Part shown: piece by piece, positions 23,999-37,369 of the stretch
How the letters are laid out: each line of letters begins with the position of its first letter
How positions within the stretch are numbered: position 1 is the first letter of the stretch
NCBI RefSeq assembly: GCF_036321535.1
Contig: NC_087437.1
Span: forward strand, 85,438,001 to 85,502,000
DNA: 64,000 bases
Direction of reading: 5' to 3'
Source: Camelus dromedarius
Lineage: Eukaryota
Program-made: the position numbers and the translations under genes
The notes under the pieces: model-generated
What the model was told of the DNA's origin: nothing
Databases searched by the model: none
The model's input: only the letters and a program-made list of their open reading frames with translations

Positions 23999-26900
23999 CC
24001 TAAAGTGAGACCACGCTCTAAAGATGTCTGAATATAACAAAACAAAATTACAACCTGTGGATGAAAAATTGTTTCTATTTAGAAGACATAGGAGTATTAA
24101 CCAATGACTAAAGAGAGATGAAAGGAGGCAGATTTGAAATGGCCACTTTTAAAATACATTTTGCCTACTAAAAAAATCTGGCACAGTCACTGTTTTTATA
24201 AAGATGTCACCAAATATGTGAAAATTAATTGTTTAATATAGTATCAGAAAGATAGTTTTAATATATTTTTCTCTTATTTCTTGTTGCTCTCTATCACTGT
24301 GTCCATTTTTAAATAAGTTTTAAGTTGCAGGAAGAAATATGTGTTCTAATCATCTTTCAGAGTTCTTGTGAGAAAGACTACAGTCAGAGGTATGCTTAAA
24401 TTTCACTTTTATTTCCACTTCCCAGAAAATCCAGGAAATACTTGGGTCTTGCTCTCTTTTTTCCTCTCATTTTACTCATTTTTTTTCCCTTTCTCTACTT
24501 GGGGGGGAAAAAAAGCCTAAGATTACACTCAATTAGAGTGCAAACAGGTCTATATTCTAGGAAGTTTTAGCATAAGCATTATAAATGGTTGCACTGACTT
24601 TTAAATTTTCTATGTTAAAGCAACTAAACTGTAATTTCAAGGCAGTCTCCTATGAATGAACTATCTCATCAACACAATGCTCTCCATTGACAAGAAAAAT
24701 AAGCTAGAGGGAAAGGAAGTGGTAGAGTAGCAAAATCACTTGCCAAAAAATGCTTTCAAAAATAAACACCAAGTCAAAATTAGACGGCTGAACAGCTTTT
24801 TCATTTATAAAATTAGGTCAAGTCAAGAGGAAGAACATGAATACTTCTTGTTCTTCTTGTTCTAAAATAAAATACATGCAAAATTTACACTCACCCTAAA
24901 CCATAACAGCTGGGAGGGACAGTTCTTGCTATCAACCTTTACCACTAATGAGTTCATCAAGGTTCCTTCTGTGCATTTGCAATTCCTTTTTAATTCTAAT
25001 GTGACATGTCTTTTCCTCTTCTAGTGTCTAAGATCTCCCCTTTATAAAAATTTTATTTAAGGAATTTCAAGGAGAGCTTGTGTGATTTTTTAGAGGCAAA
25101 GGGCTTGGGAAAGACCTCCCTATAAAAGGATTGAATAGTCTAATTTGGACTAGAGATGAATGCTTTAGTCATTTGGAACATTTGTTCGATGATTTGCCAG
25201 GACACATTTCAACTCACTTTCAAACAGTGATCAACACATAACTAATTGAGTGATGCTGTGAAGTTGAAAATTCTATCGGCTTTTCCGAGGTTGTAACTTT
25301 TAAATCAACCACATGAGAAGGCAGGGAGCTTCAAGATTATTATGAAATAAAGTGTTAAAACACTACCCGTTTTATGTATATGATATAAAGAGATTTATAT
25401 ATAAAGATACAACTTATTCAATGTATCAAATTTAATATGCACAATATTTCTTGCATATATAGTCACATGATAGAGCAATTCTGGTGTAATATATATGAAA
25501 GTGAAAAAATAATTCATTATTTAGATGTATGTTAATACTTAATTTCATTTCAGTGATTTGCTTTAAATTATTTTTCTTTAATCTAGAATTACAAGATCCT
25601 ACTATTGCTTGAACTTTACAAATTGGGAGCAATTTTCATTTATATGAGAAGCCCTACCATCAATCAATCCCACCACTGACTGATCATCATGGTGAAACAG
25701 AAACTCACTCACAAGTGATTTGTACTTATAAATGTTATGACAACAAAGAAAATGGCCCTTTGATGAAACTGCTTATAATTTTGACTAATTATGAACTTTT
25801 GCAGGAGTTGGATTTTATTATCAGTATTTAAAGAGATAAAACCAAGTTACCAGGGTGTGCTGTTACAAAAGCCCTTTGATTGAATTCATCATGTTGCCTA
25901 GGACCATGAATCCTACAGCATTTCACATAGAAAAGGGTCATGGGAAACTCATGCCATTTTACTCCTAGGGTCAATTTGTGCACTAGGATGCTAGGGCAAT
26001 GAGGGAAGCTGGTTGATAGAGCCTGAAAGGTTTTGAGATTGATGGCATTTTGTGGAAATTTGAAGTGCATATTTTTAAGAACAGGTAATGGAGGCCATTT
26101 TACAAAATAAGTCCAAAATAAAACCTGAGCTTCTGGCTATCAACAGGATGAGTTCAACCCCACAATGTGTGGCTTGGCTTCTGTGTACCTCTGAAGAAGC
26201 TGGAGGAAAACCTGTGCTCTGTGCCTTTCACCTCTGCTTTCACTGATGCTCCAACAAATCCTCTGGCCACAATGTATCTTATAATCCAACAAGCCTGGGT
26301 TGACTACTGTGTGTGCACTTACTATTTCCGGGAATGTCAGTGATTTCCTGAACATCACAGACTTCACTTCTTTTTGCTAGTGTTGTTTGTATGCTAATTA
26401 TAGTCTATAATGGGTAGTTACTTGATTGCCATGAAGACTAAATGTAGAAATCTAAAGCTCTGGCCATTGTACTTTTTCCACAACTCAGAAATGGTTACTA
26501 GAATTAGTAGAGATAAAAGTTTTATCTTAACAATATTAATGCAATACATATATTCATACTTTCAAATTATTACTTTTATAAGGCAATAATAATCTTATAT
26601 TATTACCTATGTAATATTTCAAAACATCAAATCATCACTAATTTTTTTCTACCATTTTACTGTCTTAAAATCAGTTGTTTGCTAAAATTTATAAAATAGA
26701 TCTCTCAAAAAAAGTTTTCCTTTTTTCCTACTCTCATCCCTAATTAGTAGCTTTAATATAGTGATATTGTTGTCCGCATGTTTTCCTTCTCATTGACAAG
26801 TGATATACTGAAAGTATAAATTTTTTCTAATATTACAGATGAAGTTTGGATTTCGGTCTTGGTGACAAACTACAGTAAGTTATGTTAAGACCCTATCAAC

Positions 26901-28039
26901 TTATAAATAGATTAAACTAAATAAAAAATTTCAGAGGATCAGTGATTTTTTTTCTTAAATCATTATCTAAAGTAGGTAAAACAAATTGTTTTATGTAGTT
27001 GTCTACATATTTGGTGAGTGCCTTTATCATTTGGTACAATGCTTTTAGTTAAGTCAAATATGCATTAAAATAGTCATTTAAAAACAAATGTTAAAATATG
27101 AACATCCTTTCACACGGCTCCAAAGTTCTAGCCATCTTTGCATTGAAACTGTTAATAGATAAAATAGGTATAGGTATATTTAAATGTAACTTTTTTATTA
27201 TTATAAATTAATAGTATATGAAAATGGGTAAAGTTACCAAGAAAGTGATCCAACAATCTTAATAAAGTGTGAAGAAAAAGAGCTTGTAAGACTTAAGTGA
27301 TGTGACAATTGTTCATAAACATGACAGCCCATGGTGGTTTTTTCACAGTTGTTTTTAGCAGTTATCCTTCTGTAAAATTTACTTGCAAGCAGGTTCTCAT
27401 ATTTAAGTGAAGCTAAAAAAATCATTTTATGGTTTTTCTCTCTCTCAGCATATGTTAGAGTAGAGTGGTAGAGGCATTTTTCCAAATGATAAATTAAACA
27501 TTTTGCTTTTTTAAACATTTGGGTACCACTTACCCATAGCATATTTGTGAAATAAAATATTCTTTTTACTAAATTATATTTTATAATTTTATTTTCCCCA
27601 TTAGGCCAACATATAGAACAAGTGCCTATTATTTCAACTTATTCCAATGCCCCACTAATATTTTATTGTTGTGTGAAATCTTACTTTCTCTAGCTATTCA
27701 CTTTTTTCAATTTAATTGGCTTAGTTATTAACTATCTTTCAAAATCCCCATAACATTCAGTAAATTCTAATACTTATCCCATTTATGAAGGTGAGGTATG
27801 CCATTTGGTAAGCCACAACTGGAGCTCACAACACAGTGCCAGTGTCCTGAAACTTCAAACTGAAGGTAGCTAACTTCTTGGGACTTTATCTTATTCACTG
27901 ACACATTGGGTGAAATCCCAGAAAATGACTATAGTTTGAAACTCTTTAAATTTTCAGAGCAAGGAAAATATACACAAAAACACTTAAATATTTTTAGAAA
28001 TGATGACTCAGCAAATCAGGATATAAGGATTGGAGTTAA

Positions 28040-28235
28040 CTTTTACTGAGGGTTTAAGAGAAACTTCGCTAAGTAATCAACTTCTATTACCTCTTTTAAC
28101 CCTTACATCACCAATAATGTAGTTACATGTTTATTTTACAAATGAAATGAAAATGTCAGGAGAATTTAGATGAGTTGCTCAGAGTAACACAACCCATGGT
28201 TGCATTTTTATAATTTAGGTCCCACTGATTCTAGA
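28040..28235 (-). mobile_element. MIR SINE (degenerate)
   Basis: tttaacccttaca...attttacaaatgaa...tgagttgctcagagtaacaca. Confidence 0.55.
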
Positions 28236-28956
28236 GACTAACATGGCCACTGGTACATTTTTCCTTTTCTATGTTAATATATTGCCTTTCTATTTAAAAA
28301 AAAAAAAAAGATGAAGAAATAGAATGTAATCTAAATACATTAGATAAAAGTTTTGCACTTTTTGAACAAAACATAACAAAATATATATCTCAACTTGTTT
28401 ACATATATACAACATGCATAATACATACACACATATGTACATTTATAGGGTATATATACACACACACACACATACACTAGATACAAAGTCTGAACAGAAA
28501 GCAGTGGTTTCCATCCCCATAGATAGAAGAACAATGTCACTGCCTGTGATAAGCAAGTCTTTAGTCAGAATTGTGCAACATAGTACCATCAGGTGATGGA
28601 AGGAATTGTCTTTTGTTTTGTTTTTAATGTGCATTAATATAGAATTATTACCTCTAGAGACTGTATTTTGTGTTTTCCTATTATCTCCCAGGAAGCTAAT
28701 AACAAATATAACTATACTGTTTCCTTGCTTGCTTGTTTGTTTTAATTCACACATTGTGAACCATCTTCAGAGTAACTATTGGAACCTGCCTGAAATACTG
28801 CTGTGCAAAGAAACTTCTGAGGTCCTCACCTGGCTACTATAAACCTGGGTACACTTACAGCCTTTCAAGTCATGCTGACATACAGTATAAACCTAGACAT
28901 TTGTTGACCTGTTTGATTCTTACTTGTTTATTTTAGAGCATTCTTTAGTTTATATG

Positions 28957-29170
28957 CAGTGTAATAGCTAATAGCACAGACTCTGGAGCCAGACTGCCTG
29001 GTTCTGAACACAGCCTCAGTGACTTGCCAGCTGTGTGGTATGAGGAACGTTACCCAACCTTGCTGCACTTCAGCTTTCACGTTGGTAAAACGAGGATACC
29101 TCACAGCATCATGACAAGGATGTTAGGAATTAATATACAAAAAACATTTAGAATAGTATGTGAAAATAAG
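28957..29170 (+). mobile_element. MIR SINE
   Basis: agcacagactctggagccagactgcctggttc...cacttcagctttcacgttggtaaaacgaggata...tacctcacag. Confidence 0.85.
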
Positions 29171-29289
29171 CCCAGGGATATTAGGGCATTTATAACATAC
29201 AAGTAGAGTGCAATGACAACTGATAAAAGAAACACACTCGTGTCTACCACAGAGCTTAAGAAACTAATCATAACTAATATATTAGAAAA

Positions 29290-29490
29290 CTCCCATGTTC
29301 TTGCCCGAAACCCTACGTTCTTCCTGTCCTTCAAGGGTTAAGCACTACTCTGAATACTGTGTTTATCATTTGCTTGCTTTCCTTTATACTTTCACCATGT
29401 AGATATGCATGCATTAAGTAGTGCACATAAACAATACATTGTTTACTGGATCACGTTTTTGAAATTCCAAAGGTGAACTCACAGAGTGTG
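29290..29490 (-). mobile_element. Old L1ME 3' end fragment
   Basis: cactactctgaatactgtgtttatcatttgcttgctttcctttata...aaacaatacattgttt. Confidence 0.55.
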
Positions 29491-29715
29491 TGCAGGGGAA
29501 GTTTAACTGGATTGGGAAAGCTCTACGCTCACCTCCAGGAACTCCTGGAAGACTGACTTCGACTTCTGGCCACCAAAGTGGGGCGTGAGATAACTAGCGG
29601 ACGAATGATCTGTAATGCTCTGCTTCAAGTCTGAGACTTCCTTAGGAGCACTCTGGCTCAGGTGGCTTCTTGATGGCTTCTCTCTAGAGAAACAGAACCA
29701 AATAGGGGAATATAT

Positions 29716-30023
29716 ATAAATGTGAATGATCTAAACACACCAACTAAAATACAGAGATTGTCAGAAGAGGTGGGAAAAAAAGACAGAGAGAACCTAGCTG
29801 TATTTGTTCCACCAGAAATTCATTTTAAACATAAGATTTTGACAGATTGAGTACAGAATAGTATGTTTAACAATGCTTAAAGCTGGAGCAGTTATACCAA
29901 TTTCAGACAAAGCCGATTTCAGAAGAAGGAAGATTATCAGGTATAAAGAGGGACATTAAATAATGAATTCTCCAAAAAGATGCAACAGTACAAATTGCGT
30001 ATGAACCTAACAACAGAATGTCA
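29716..30023 (+). mobile_element. Old L1 ORF2 endonuclease-region fragment
   Basis: taaatgtgaatgatctaaacacaccaa (NVNGLN-like), aagctggagcagttataccaatttcagacaaag, tatgaacctaacaacaga (YAPN-like). Confidence 0.8.
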
Positions 30024-31399
30024 CATGTCTAAGATGCTGGAAAGAATTTCTTTCAGAAGTATCAGCTTTGACATATATTAAATGTGACTCAAATATGACA
30101 AAAGTGGAATTTAATACTTGAGATTATACCCAATTTCTTCAGAATGTAATATTATAACTTGAAAACTCAAATGAAAAGTAAAATATTCACATTATAAATA
30201 AACTTAGATAATTCTCTCTCTTTGTAAGTCACTTGCATCCAAACCACCAACTGACTTTGTCAAAAAAACATGGTTTTTCATTATCTCCTGGCGAGACTCT
30301 CCTGTTGTATTACAGTCATCAGTCAGGCAAAGTAAAGTTAAAGGTACACAGGTAATTCATATATCTTATTGTTATACTTAAGAAGAAGGCATTTGAGACA
30401 ATTGTTGTTTTTTTTTTTTACCTTGTTTCTCTCTTCAGGATAATTTTGTAGCATATTCCAACCAAAAGAGGACAAAAAATGAATTCTTATTCTGTATTGC
30501 CCTACAGCAATGACAATCAGCTGGTGAATAGTTTGCCTAATGAGGCAGTTATGACATTCAGAAGATTCCTGGAAATCAAGGTTATTTGGGCTTTTCAATA
30601 GCACTTTACAGTCTCATCATGCACTAGAGAAGTGGGTCGCAGAGCATTACAATAATTTCACATACTCCCGTCCTGTTCTGTAAAATCTTGTATAGGTACA
30701 TACATACATGTATATATATAAAATACATTATTAATGCTCTTTTAGGATTTGAGATACAGCAAACAGTTTTCTAACTTACAAAATGAGAGGTAAAGGAAGA
30801 AAGAAAGCTCTGTCCATTTTAAAATCGAGTATCTTTGATTCACTTTTATATTAGAAGTGGTACTTTGATTAGTATTCAAAGTAAACACTAAACAATTGTT
30901 CCACCAAAGAGTTACTTTTATTTAGACTTCTCTAACTGGCAATACTCATCGTATTGCATGCATATTTAATAATGGCCACGGAGAAGAGTGTTTCTTAGTG
31001 TTATCTGGGGGTCTGTTAGAAAACACATTCAGATTTTTTTTAAGATAAGTTTATGATAGGAGCATATTCCAATACACACTGGAAAATAAAATAAAATCCT
31101 TATTTCCAAATATTAATTTATATATGGAAAAGAATTGGAAGTAGGTTAAAGTACCAAGGTTATCTAAACTATATAAATACAAAACGACTGATGCATAAGT
31201 TACTAAATAAATGTAATCAAATATTATATTTACAGAAGGTCAGAAGATGCCAGCAATAAATGAGAAGATCTCAAAGGTCAATTTATGTAGAAATAGAATG
31301 ATTCCATAAAGCATGTGTAAAAACCCAGGCAAGGAAATTAACTAAAAGATCACACTATTTCAGGACAAGAGCAAATAGAGGAACTATTCCTGTTTTCAC

Positions 31400-32084
31400 T
31401 TTTCTCTAAAATTTTAGATTGAGATTACAAAGGCTAGCTGAACCCCCAAATCAATCTGCGAAGCAAACATTTAACCTGATTCCCCAGCGTGAGTTGGTTG
31501 TACCTCTCAACCTTTGCTTATTCCTGTAATAGGAGGGAGAAAGGAAGTAAAGGGGGAAATGGAGGAGGAGGAGAGGATGGAGGAGCTTTTGTAATAAGGA
31601 AAACCAGCCATGAGATCTTAATGGTTAGGCGGAAAAGTGCTTTTCTTTTATGGGGAAGAGTAAGCCAAGCTAGAAATAACTGGGTGTAGGAAAGTGAGAG
31701 GAGTGAGTGACACGACATGACAGTAGATCAGAAAACATTTTAACCTGAAGTCAGTCTGTTCTCAGGAGGGCCTGCGAGGAGGGCTTGGGTGCTGGGGACA
31801 TGTCAAGGTGAGGACATGTCAAAGTCTAAGGTCTTGAAAGGAGACAAACGTATCAAAGTTTAACAGGCATCTTATTCCAATTGACCAGTGGGACAAAAGA
31901 GTTCAGCTTATCATGTACGAGGCACAGAAAGAGGGTCTGTGTCTGACCCCATCATAAGTAATTAAAGTGGCATTCAAAGGTCTTATCTAATTATATGGGG
32001 AAAAGTGGTTCCTTAGAGTAAGACTTCTTCTTCATTGCCATTTTCCAAGAACACAGGGCTCAAATCAAACTCAATTTTGTCACA
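31400..32084 (-). mobile_element. Solo ERV1 LTR (MER89/MER90/MER110-like)
   Basis: Minus strand starts TGTGACAAAATTGAGTTTGATTTGAGCCCTGTGTTCTTGGAAAA...AACCACTTTTCCCCATATAATTAGATAAGAC, a typical 5' end of this group. Left boundary uncertain. Confidence 0.65.
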
Positions 32085-32109
32085 CCCTACAATTCAAAAT
32101 GCTTTAAAC

Positions 32110-32505
32110 CGTTGACTTCTAAAATAAAACTCACCATATTCTTCCAACTAATCAATCTCCAAACTCAGTATCACTCTCCCCAGTTGTTCAGTCTGGAAAC
32201 CCGTACGTTACTATTTGAGTCCTCTTCCTGCAGACAGCCACTCTACCTCAATATACTATCTATTCTCCCACTTACATATATTTCAGCTTGTACATATCTT
32301 TCTATTTCGGTAGCCACCCTTTTGTTCTAAGCTATTATTATCTCTCACCCGAACTGCTGCTTCTTCTTTTATTTTCTCCAAAATATTCAGATTATCTTTT
32401 TAATGTAGTTTTCAAAAATTGTTTTCAAAACAACTTTTTATTGAAGTATAGTTGATTTATAATGTTGTATTGGTTCCAGGTGTACAAAGTGATTCAGATG
32501 CATAT

Positions 32506-32536
<31 letters not shown>

Positions 32537-33090
32537 TACTCTTTTTCAGATTCTTTTCCATTATAGATTACAAGATACTGAGTATAGTTCCCTGTGACGT
32601 ACAGTAGTTCTCTGTATTGTATATAGTAGTGTGTTAAAGTGTAAGTAAACCTCAGGTACTGCTACGTTGAAATCTTCCTTGTTTACATTTGATCTTCAGA
32701 TACTCACCAAACTCTGTAACATAACTACATGAAATCTGGCCTTCTTTATCTCTACACCCTCTTCATGTCACTCTCCCTGTCATTCTCCATGTTATTCCAA
32801 CACCTCAACAAGTTTCCAGGCTCCTATTACTTGAATTCTTTCTACCGCCTCCATCCTGCCTGTAACCCACTGTGCCACCTCTACGGAACTTGTGTCTGCG
32901 CTCCAGGCTTGTGTACATTGCTTTGCCTTTCTTCATGTATTTACATGAAGTATTCTCTATCTGCAAATGCAAAGCTTTTCCCTTTTGTCTGTCCCTGAAT
33001 ATTCTTTTATTTATTACAAATTTTTTGCAACTTTGGGAGGATAAGTTGTATCTGTGCTTTACATCACTTGGTACACAGTATAGACTGAAA
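32110..33090 (+). mobile_element. L2 3' region, interrupted by an L1 3' end
   Basis: cccagttgttcagtctggaaacc, attattatctctcacccgaactgctgc, catgaaatctggcctt, cttggtacacagta. Confidence 0.65.
32435..32633 (-). mobile_element. L1 3' UTR terminal fragment (artiodactyl/L1MA-type) containing (CA)n at about 32507-32536
   Basis: ttttattgaagtatagttgatttataatgttgt...ttacaagatactgagtatagttccctgtg. Confidence 0.9.
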
Positions 33091-35439
33091 AATGCATTTT
33101 ATGAAGAAAAAAGATTGAATAAAAGGTACAATTTATCAAATACACAAAACTATAAAATATCTATCTAGCTATCTTTAAATATTTACACATGGCAGTGCTC
33201 ATTGGAAAATAATTATTTTTAAATACAAACAATTTCATAGATGAAAAAAGAAATAAACTAGCTAGATTCTGCTGACATCCCACATATAGTTATCTAGAGT
33301 ATCACATTTTAAAAATGAAAACAATGTAATTTGAATATACAGCATTTCAACTGTATAATTTAATATTGCTTTTGTGGACAAGCCTGAGTGTCTAATCACA
33401 AAATGTCTTAATTCAGGATGAATAGTTTCCATTGTACACCAGAACTTTCCTGTATACATTTGCTCAAATGAGAGACCAGAGGCCTTTAGGGAAATAATTT
33501 ATGCACATGAAATATCATATAATGCTTAAAAACCTACACTAAAATTTGTTTTTAAATAAGTATATGTGAATACCTGTTTATATCTGAATATTCTTCAAAA
33601 TAAATTTTTTATTTAAATAAATATTACTTCAGGTGATAATAATTTATAAACATATTCTTAACTATATTTTTAAGCATATACTAAAATTTTGTCTCCCAAA
33701 ATTGGAAGTAGAAGTAAAGTTTTTTGATTGAAGTCTATTCCTAGAAAAGAAATACATTCTTGAACTTATTTATGAATGAAAGCTAACTTTATAGCTTATA
33801 TTAAGGTTGTTTCTTTTTAGATGTACATATTTCCCCCGAAATATACTAAACTGAAGTAACTTTGAAGTAATATTGTAAGAAGACATAAATAATTAAAAGA
33901 TTAATTGCTAATCAAAAAAGAATTCCATTACTAGTTTCATTTTTATCTGATGAATATATGAACATCCTCAACTAAAATATAGATATTTTAAATTCAAGAG
34001 AAGAGAGTTTCAGTTTAAAATTTTGGCAATAAGTATGTGAACTTTTATAAAATTTCTTATGAGAATCAATTTGTCCCCAGGAGATGCAAAGGAGTTTGTT
34101 AAAATGTACATACATGGGTATAAGTTTGTTCTCCAGATTTCAGTAATTTTATTCTTTTAAAACCCTCATTGAGATATTTTGATATTCCATGTAAATTTCT
34201 TAGAATCTCAGTTTCCCAGTGTCATTGTGGAAGGTAAAGATATATGCTAAAAAGTATATATCTGTATTTTTCTATTTCTTGGCTAAAGCTTATGGCACAA
34301 TTCAAACAAATTTTAAATAAAACATCCCAACAATGCCTATATATTGATTTTTTTTATTTTCATTTTTTCCCTAAGTTTATTGCAAGTTTTGTAGAATATC
34401 TTTTCAAACATTGGAAGGAAGGAAGCATATCATTGACTTGGGTATAGACACAGTAAATTCAAACCCATTATGCTTGCCAGTTAACTTCTGTTAATTTCAT
34501 GGCAAAATATTAGTTGAATTTTTGACAATTTTTGTTACTTGTATATATCCTCAAATTCTTTGGAAATTGTTTGCAAGAATCTTAAAAATAAGTTTGTTTA
34601 AATATATTTTGCTTCTTATTCTCTTTTAAGTTGTGGTTGAACTAGCAAATGATAGGATAGGGTTTTACCAATTAATTGATAATTTTTATAACACTAAGTT
34701 ATCCCTAAACTAATCTGAGACATCAAGCTGAATACACTGTATTTCATCTTTATTTCTTCTTTCCCCAAGCAATTATTTAATTTCTCACTTTTAAAAATAT
34801 CTTTGCAAATTTGCTGCTACTAGAGAGTAAATCTTACCTATACCAAGACTCTCAAAACAATTTTTGAAAATTTTTGTTTGTTTTATGTAAGTATGAGCTT
34901 TCTCACTCTTCATTTTCTGTGGTGTTCTTGATTCAGTTGAAAAGGCACCTGCACTTTCATATCTGGAAATTTCTCAGTTCCCACAGTTATAAAGATTTTT
35001 GCTTTGAATTCTTCTGGCTGACAATGAAAAAAAAGAAGCTTATCATATATTTTTTCTCCTTCAGGCAACTAATCTAAGAAGCAGAAATTTGAGCTTACTT
35101 CTGGGGAAAAGAGAGTTCACTTTTATCCATCTTAACCCTAACCTTTAACCCAAGGACAATTACAGTGGCTGGTGGCCTAATAGCTGAGGACAATTTCATC
35201 TGTCTAGCCTCACTATTTTGTTGTCTTTTTCTTATAATTGCTTACATTAGTGTCTCCATTGAATGTGATTTTAAAAAGTCTCACAGTATGTTAAGGTGAA
35301 GCATTAAAAGGTTTAATTTAATTCTGGACAGATGAGCCTGTCAAAATTATTAAATTTTGTAACAGCTTAAGCTTTTTGTGTTCTCAGTATTATTCTTAAG
35401 AGTGATAGCTATTGTTTGTCCTACAATAAAAACAATAAC

Positions 35440-36975
35440 TCTTCCTGTTTCAACTCCAGCACGTAAAGAACTTGAAAACTGTCCAGCACACTTACAGCAA
35501 GAAAAATCTGGACAAACTGAAAAGCAATGACTTGTCTTGACCCATCAGAAAACTACCACCCTGTCATCTAAAGAGACAAGCAAATCCAGAGTTATAGCTG
35601 AGATCAGCTTGCAGAAGCAGGGTCAACTGGTAGGAATTTTTTTAAATGGTAATTCTTAAGCCAGTGTGTGTGTAGACTAGACTGAAAGTGAGAAAGTTCT
35701 GGGGGCCACAGTCTTAAGAGAGTCCCCACATTTTCATGGTTTTCTTGCAGGAACAGTAGCAGATTTACATGATGAAGATCTGAGAAAGAGTTCACCTTGG
35801 CTTTGGAGGGCAGAAGAATGTCCATTGTGAAACATGTCCAGAGGATTTCATACAGCCAAGTCCAACTTTTCAGGGAAAAAGACTTTACCAAAAGTTTCTA
35901 TCTAGTCTGAGGGAAGAAGATTTCTCCCCCTGCAATTCCCCCCAGCATTCCTGAATCTACAAAAGGTAAGAAAAGCAAAGAAACACTTGTGAAGGTCATA
36001 GCCCAGACACACATACCCACTAAGACTGAGATTTAACCTGTGGTGCCAAGAAATAAAGAAGTGCTAAAAATTAAAACAAAAACAAAAACAAAAGAACAGT
36101 GATGAGTGTATGTCGAAGGGGCCAACTAGTAAAGGTTCCAATAAACAAGTTGGAAAAATGTAAGCAAGATATAAATGACACAGTGTTGGATTACAATCTG
36201 AAATAAAACAGACACAAGACCACGATGATATAAATTAATGACTGAGTTAATAAATAAATGAAGAAGAATATAGAAGCATATCATGCATTAGCATTCCAAA
36301 TAATTTGTGCAGACTCTACACCAGTAAGAATGTGGATTATGACCACTCATTCCTTAAGTGTGGGCTGCACAAAATGACTTCTTGTCAAAGAGTAAAATGT
36401 GGAAAGATGAAGAAAGAGTAATTGCTGGTGGAGGAAACTGACAAAAATTACTTCAGCCAGGTGATCAAGATTAGCATCAACAATGCAAAGTGATATTGAC
36501 AGTGTGTACTCTTCACGTGATGAGATGAAAAGAACAATCTCTGAGGTCTTCTGCCCTAAAACCATAACCCAGCCTAGTGATGAGAAAAAATAAAAACAAA
36601 GAGAAAAAATTTAACTGAGGGAATTTCTACAAAATAGCTGACCTATACAAAGTCATCCAAAGAAAGAAATCTGAGAAACTGTCAAAGTCAAGAGAAGTCT
36701 ATGGAGACAGGGCTATGAAATGTTATATGATATCCTGGTTAAGATCCTGGAACAGGAAAAGGACATCAGGTGACACTAAGAAAGTCTGCATAATATAGTG
36801 TGCCCTTTAGTTAAGAATAATATATCAATATTTTTTCAATAATTGTAATAAATTTCCCTTACTAATATGAGATGTTAATAATGAGGGAAGCTGAGATCTG
36901 GTTTACGGGAAATCTGCATTGTCTTCATAAATTATCTGTTAAGTCTAAAACTCCTCTAAAATTAAAGAGTTTTTT
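35440..36975 (+). mobile_element. L1MC/L1MD-like element: 5' region joined to 3' end
   Basis: 35440-36035 resembles an old L1 5' region. 36040-36975 is an L1MC/MD 3' end (ccactcattccttaagtgtgggctgcac, cagccaggtgatcaag, atcctggaacaggaaaaggacat). Confidence 0.7.
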
Positions 36976-37369
36976 TTCAAAATGGAAGCATAAGGCCCTG
37001 AAGTAACAAAAGAATATACATATATGGGGTAATTTTTACAAGAAAAATTATTTCTATTTTTCAGTTTGCATAAACATTTTATCACTGCATTTTCTGAGTG
37101 CATATACAAGTATTTATGTGTACATGGATATGTGATTTTTATAGTGCAAATATAAATATATTTTGATAAAAATTCATTAAGAATTATTCAAAAGAATCTT
37201 AATTTTCCATCAAAAATGAATTATTTAATCCTTTGGTTTTAATCAATAAATATTTATAGAATGAACATCCCTTCTACTACTCTGAACTACAACACGGTAA
37301 ACATCCATGTGCATATAATCTACTTTGTATCTGTTATAATTATGTAATTAATAAACTCTATTCTTTTTA

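Noticed and set aside
30338..30604. 88-aa minus-strand ORF ending near a donor-like site
   Set aside because: No recognisable homology and a non-ATG start; kept only as part of a non-coding candidate.
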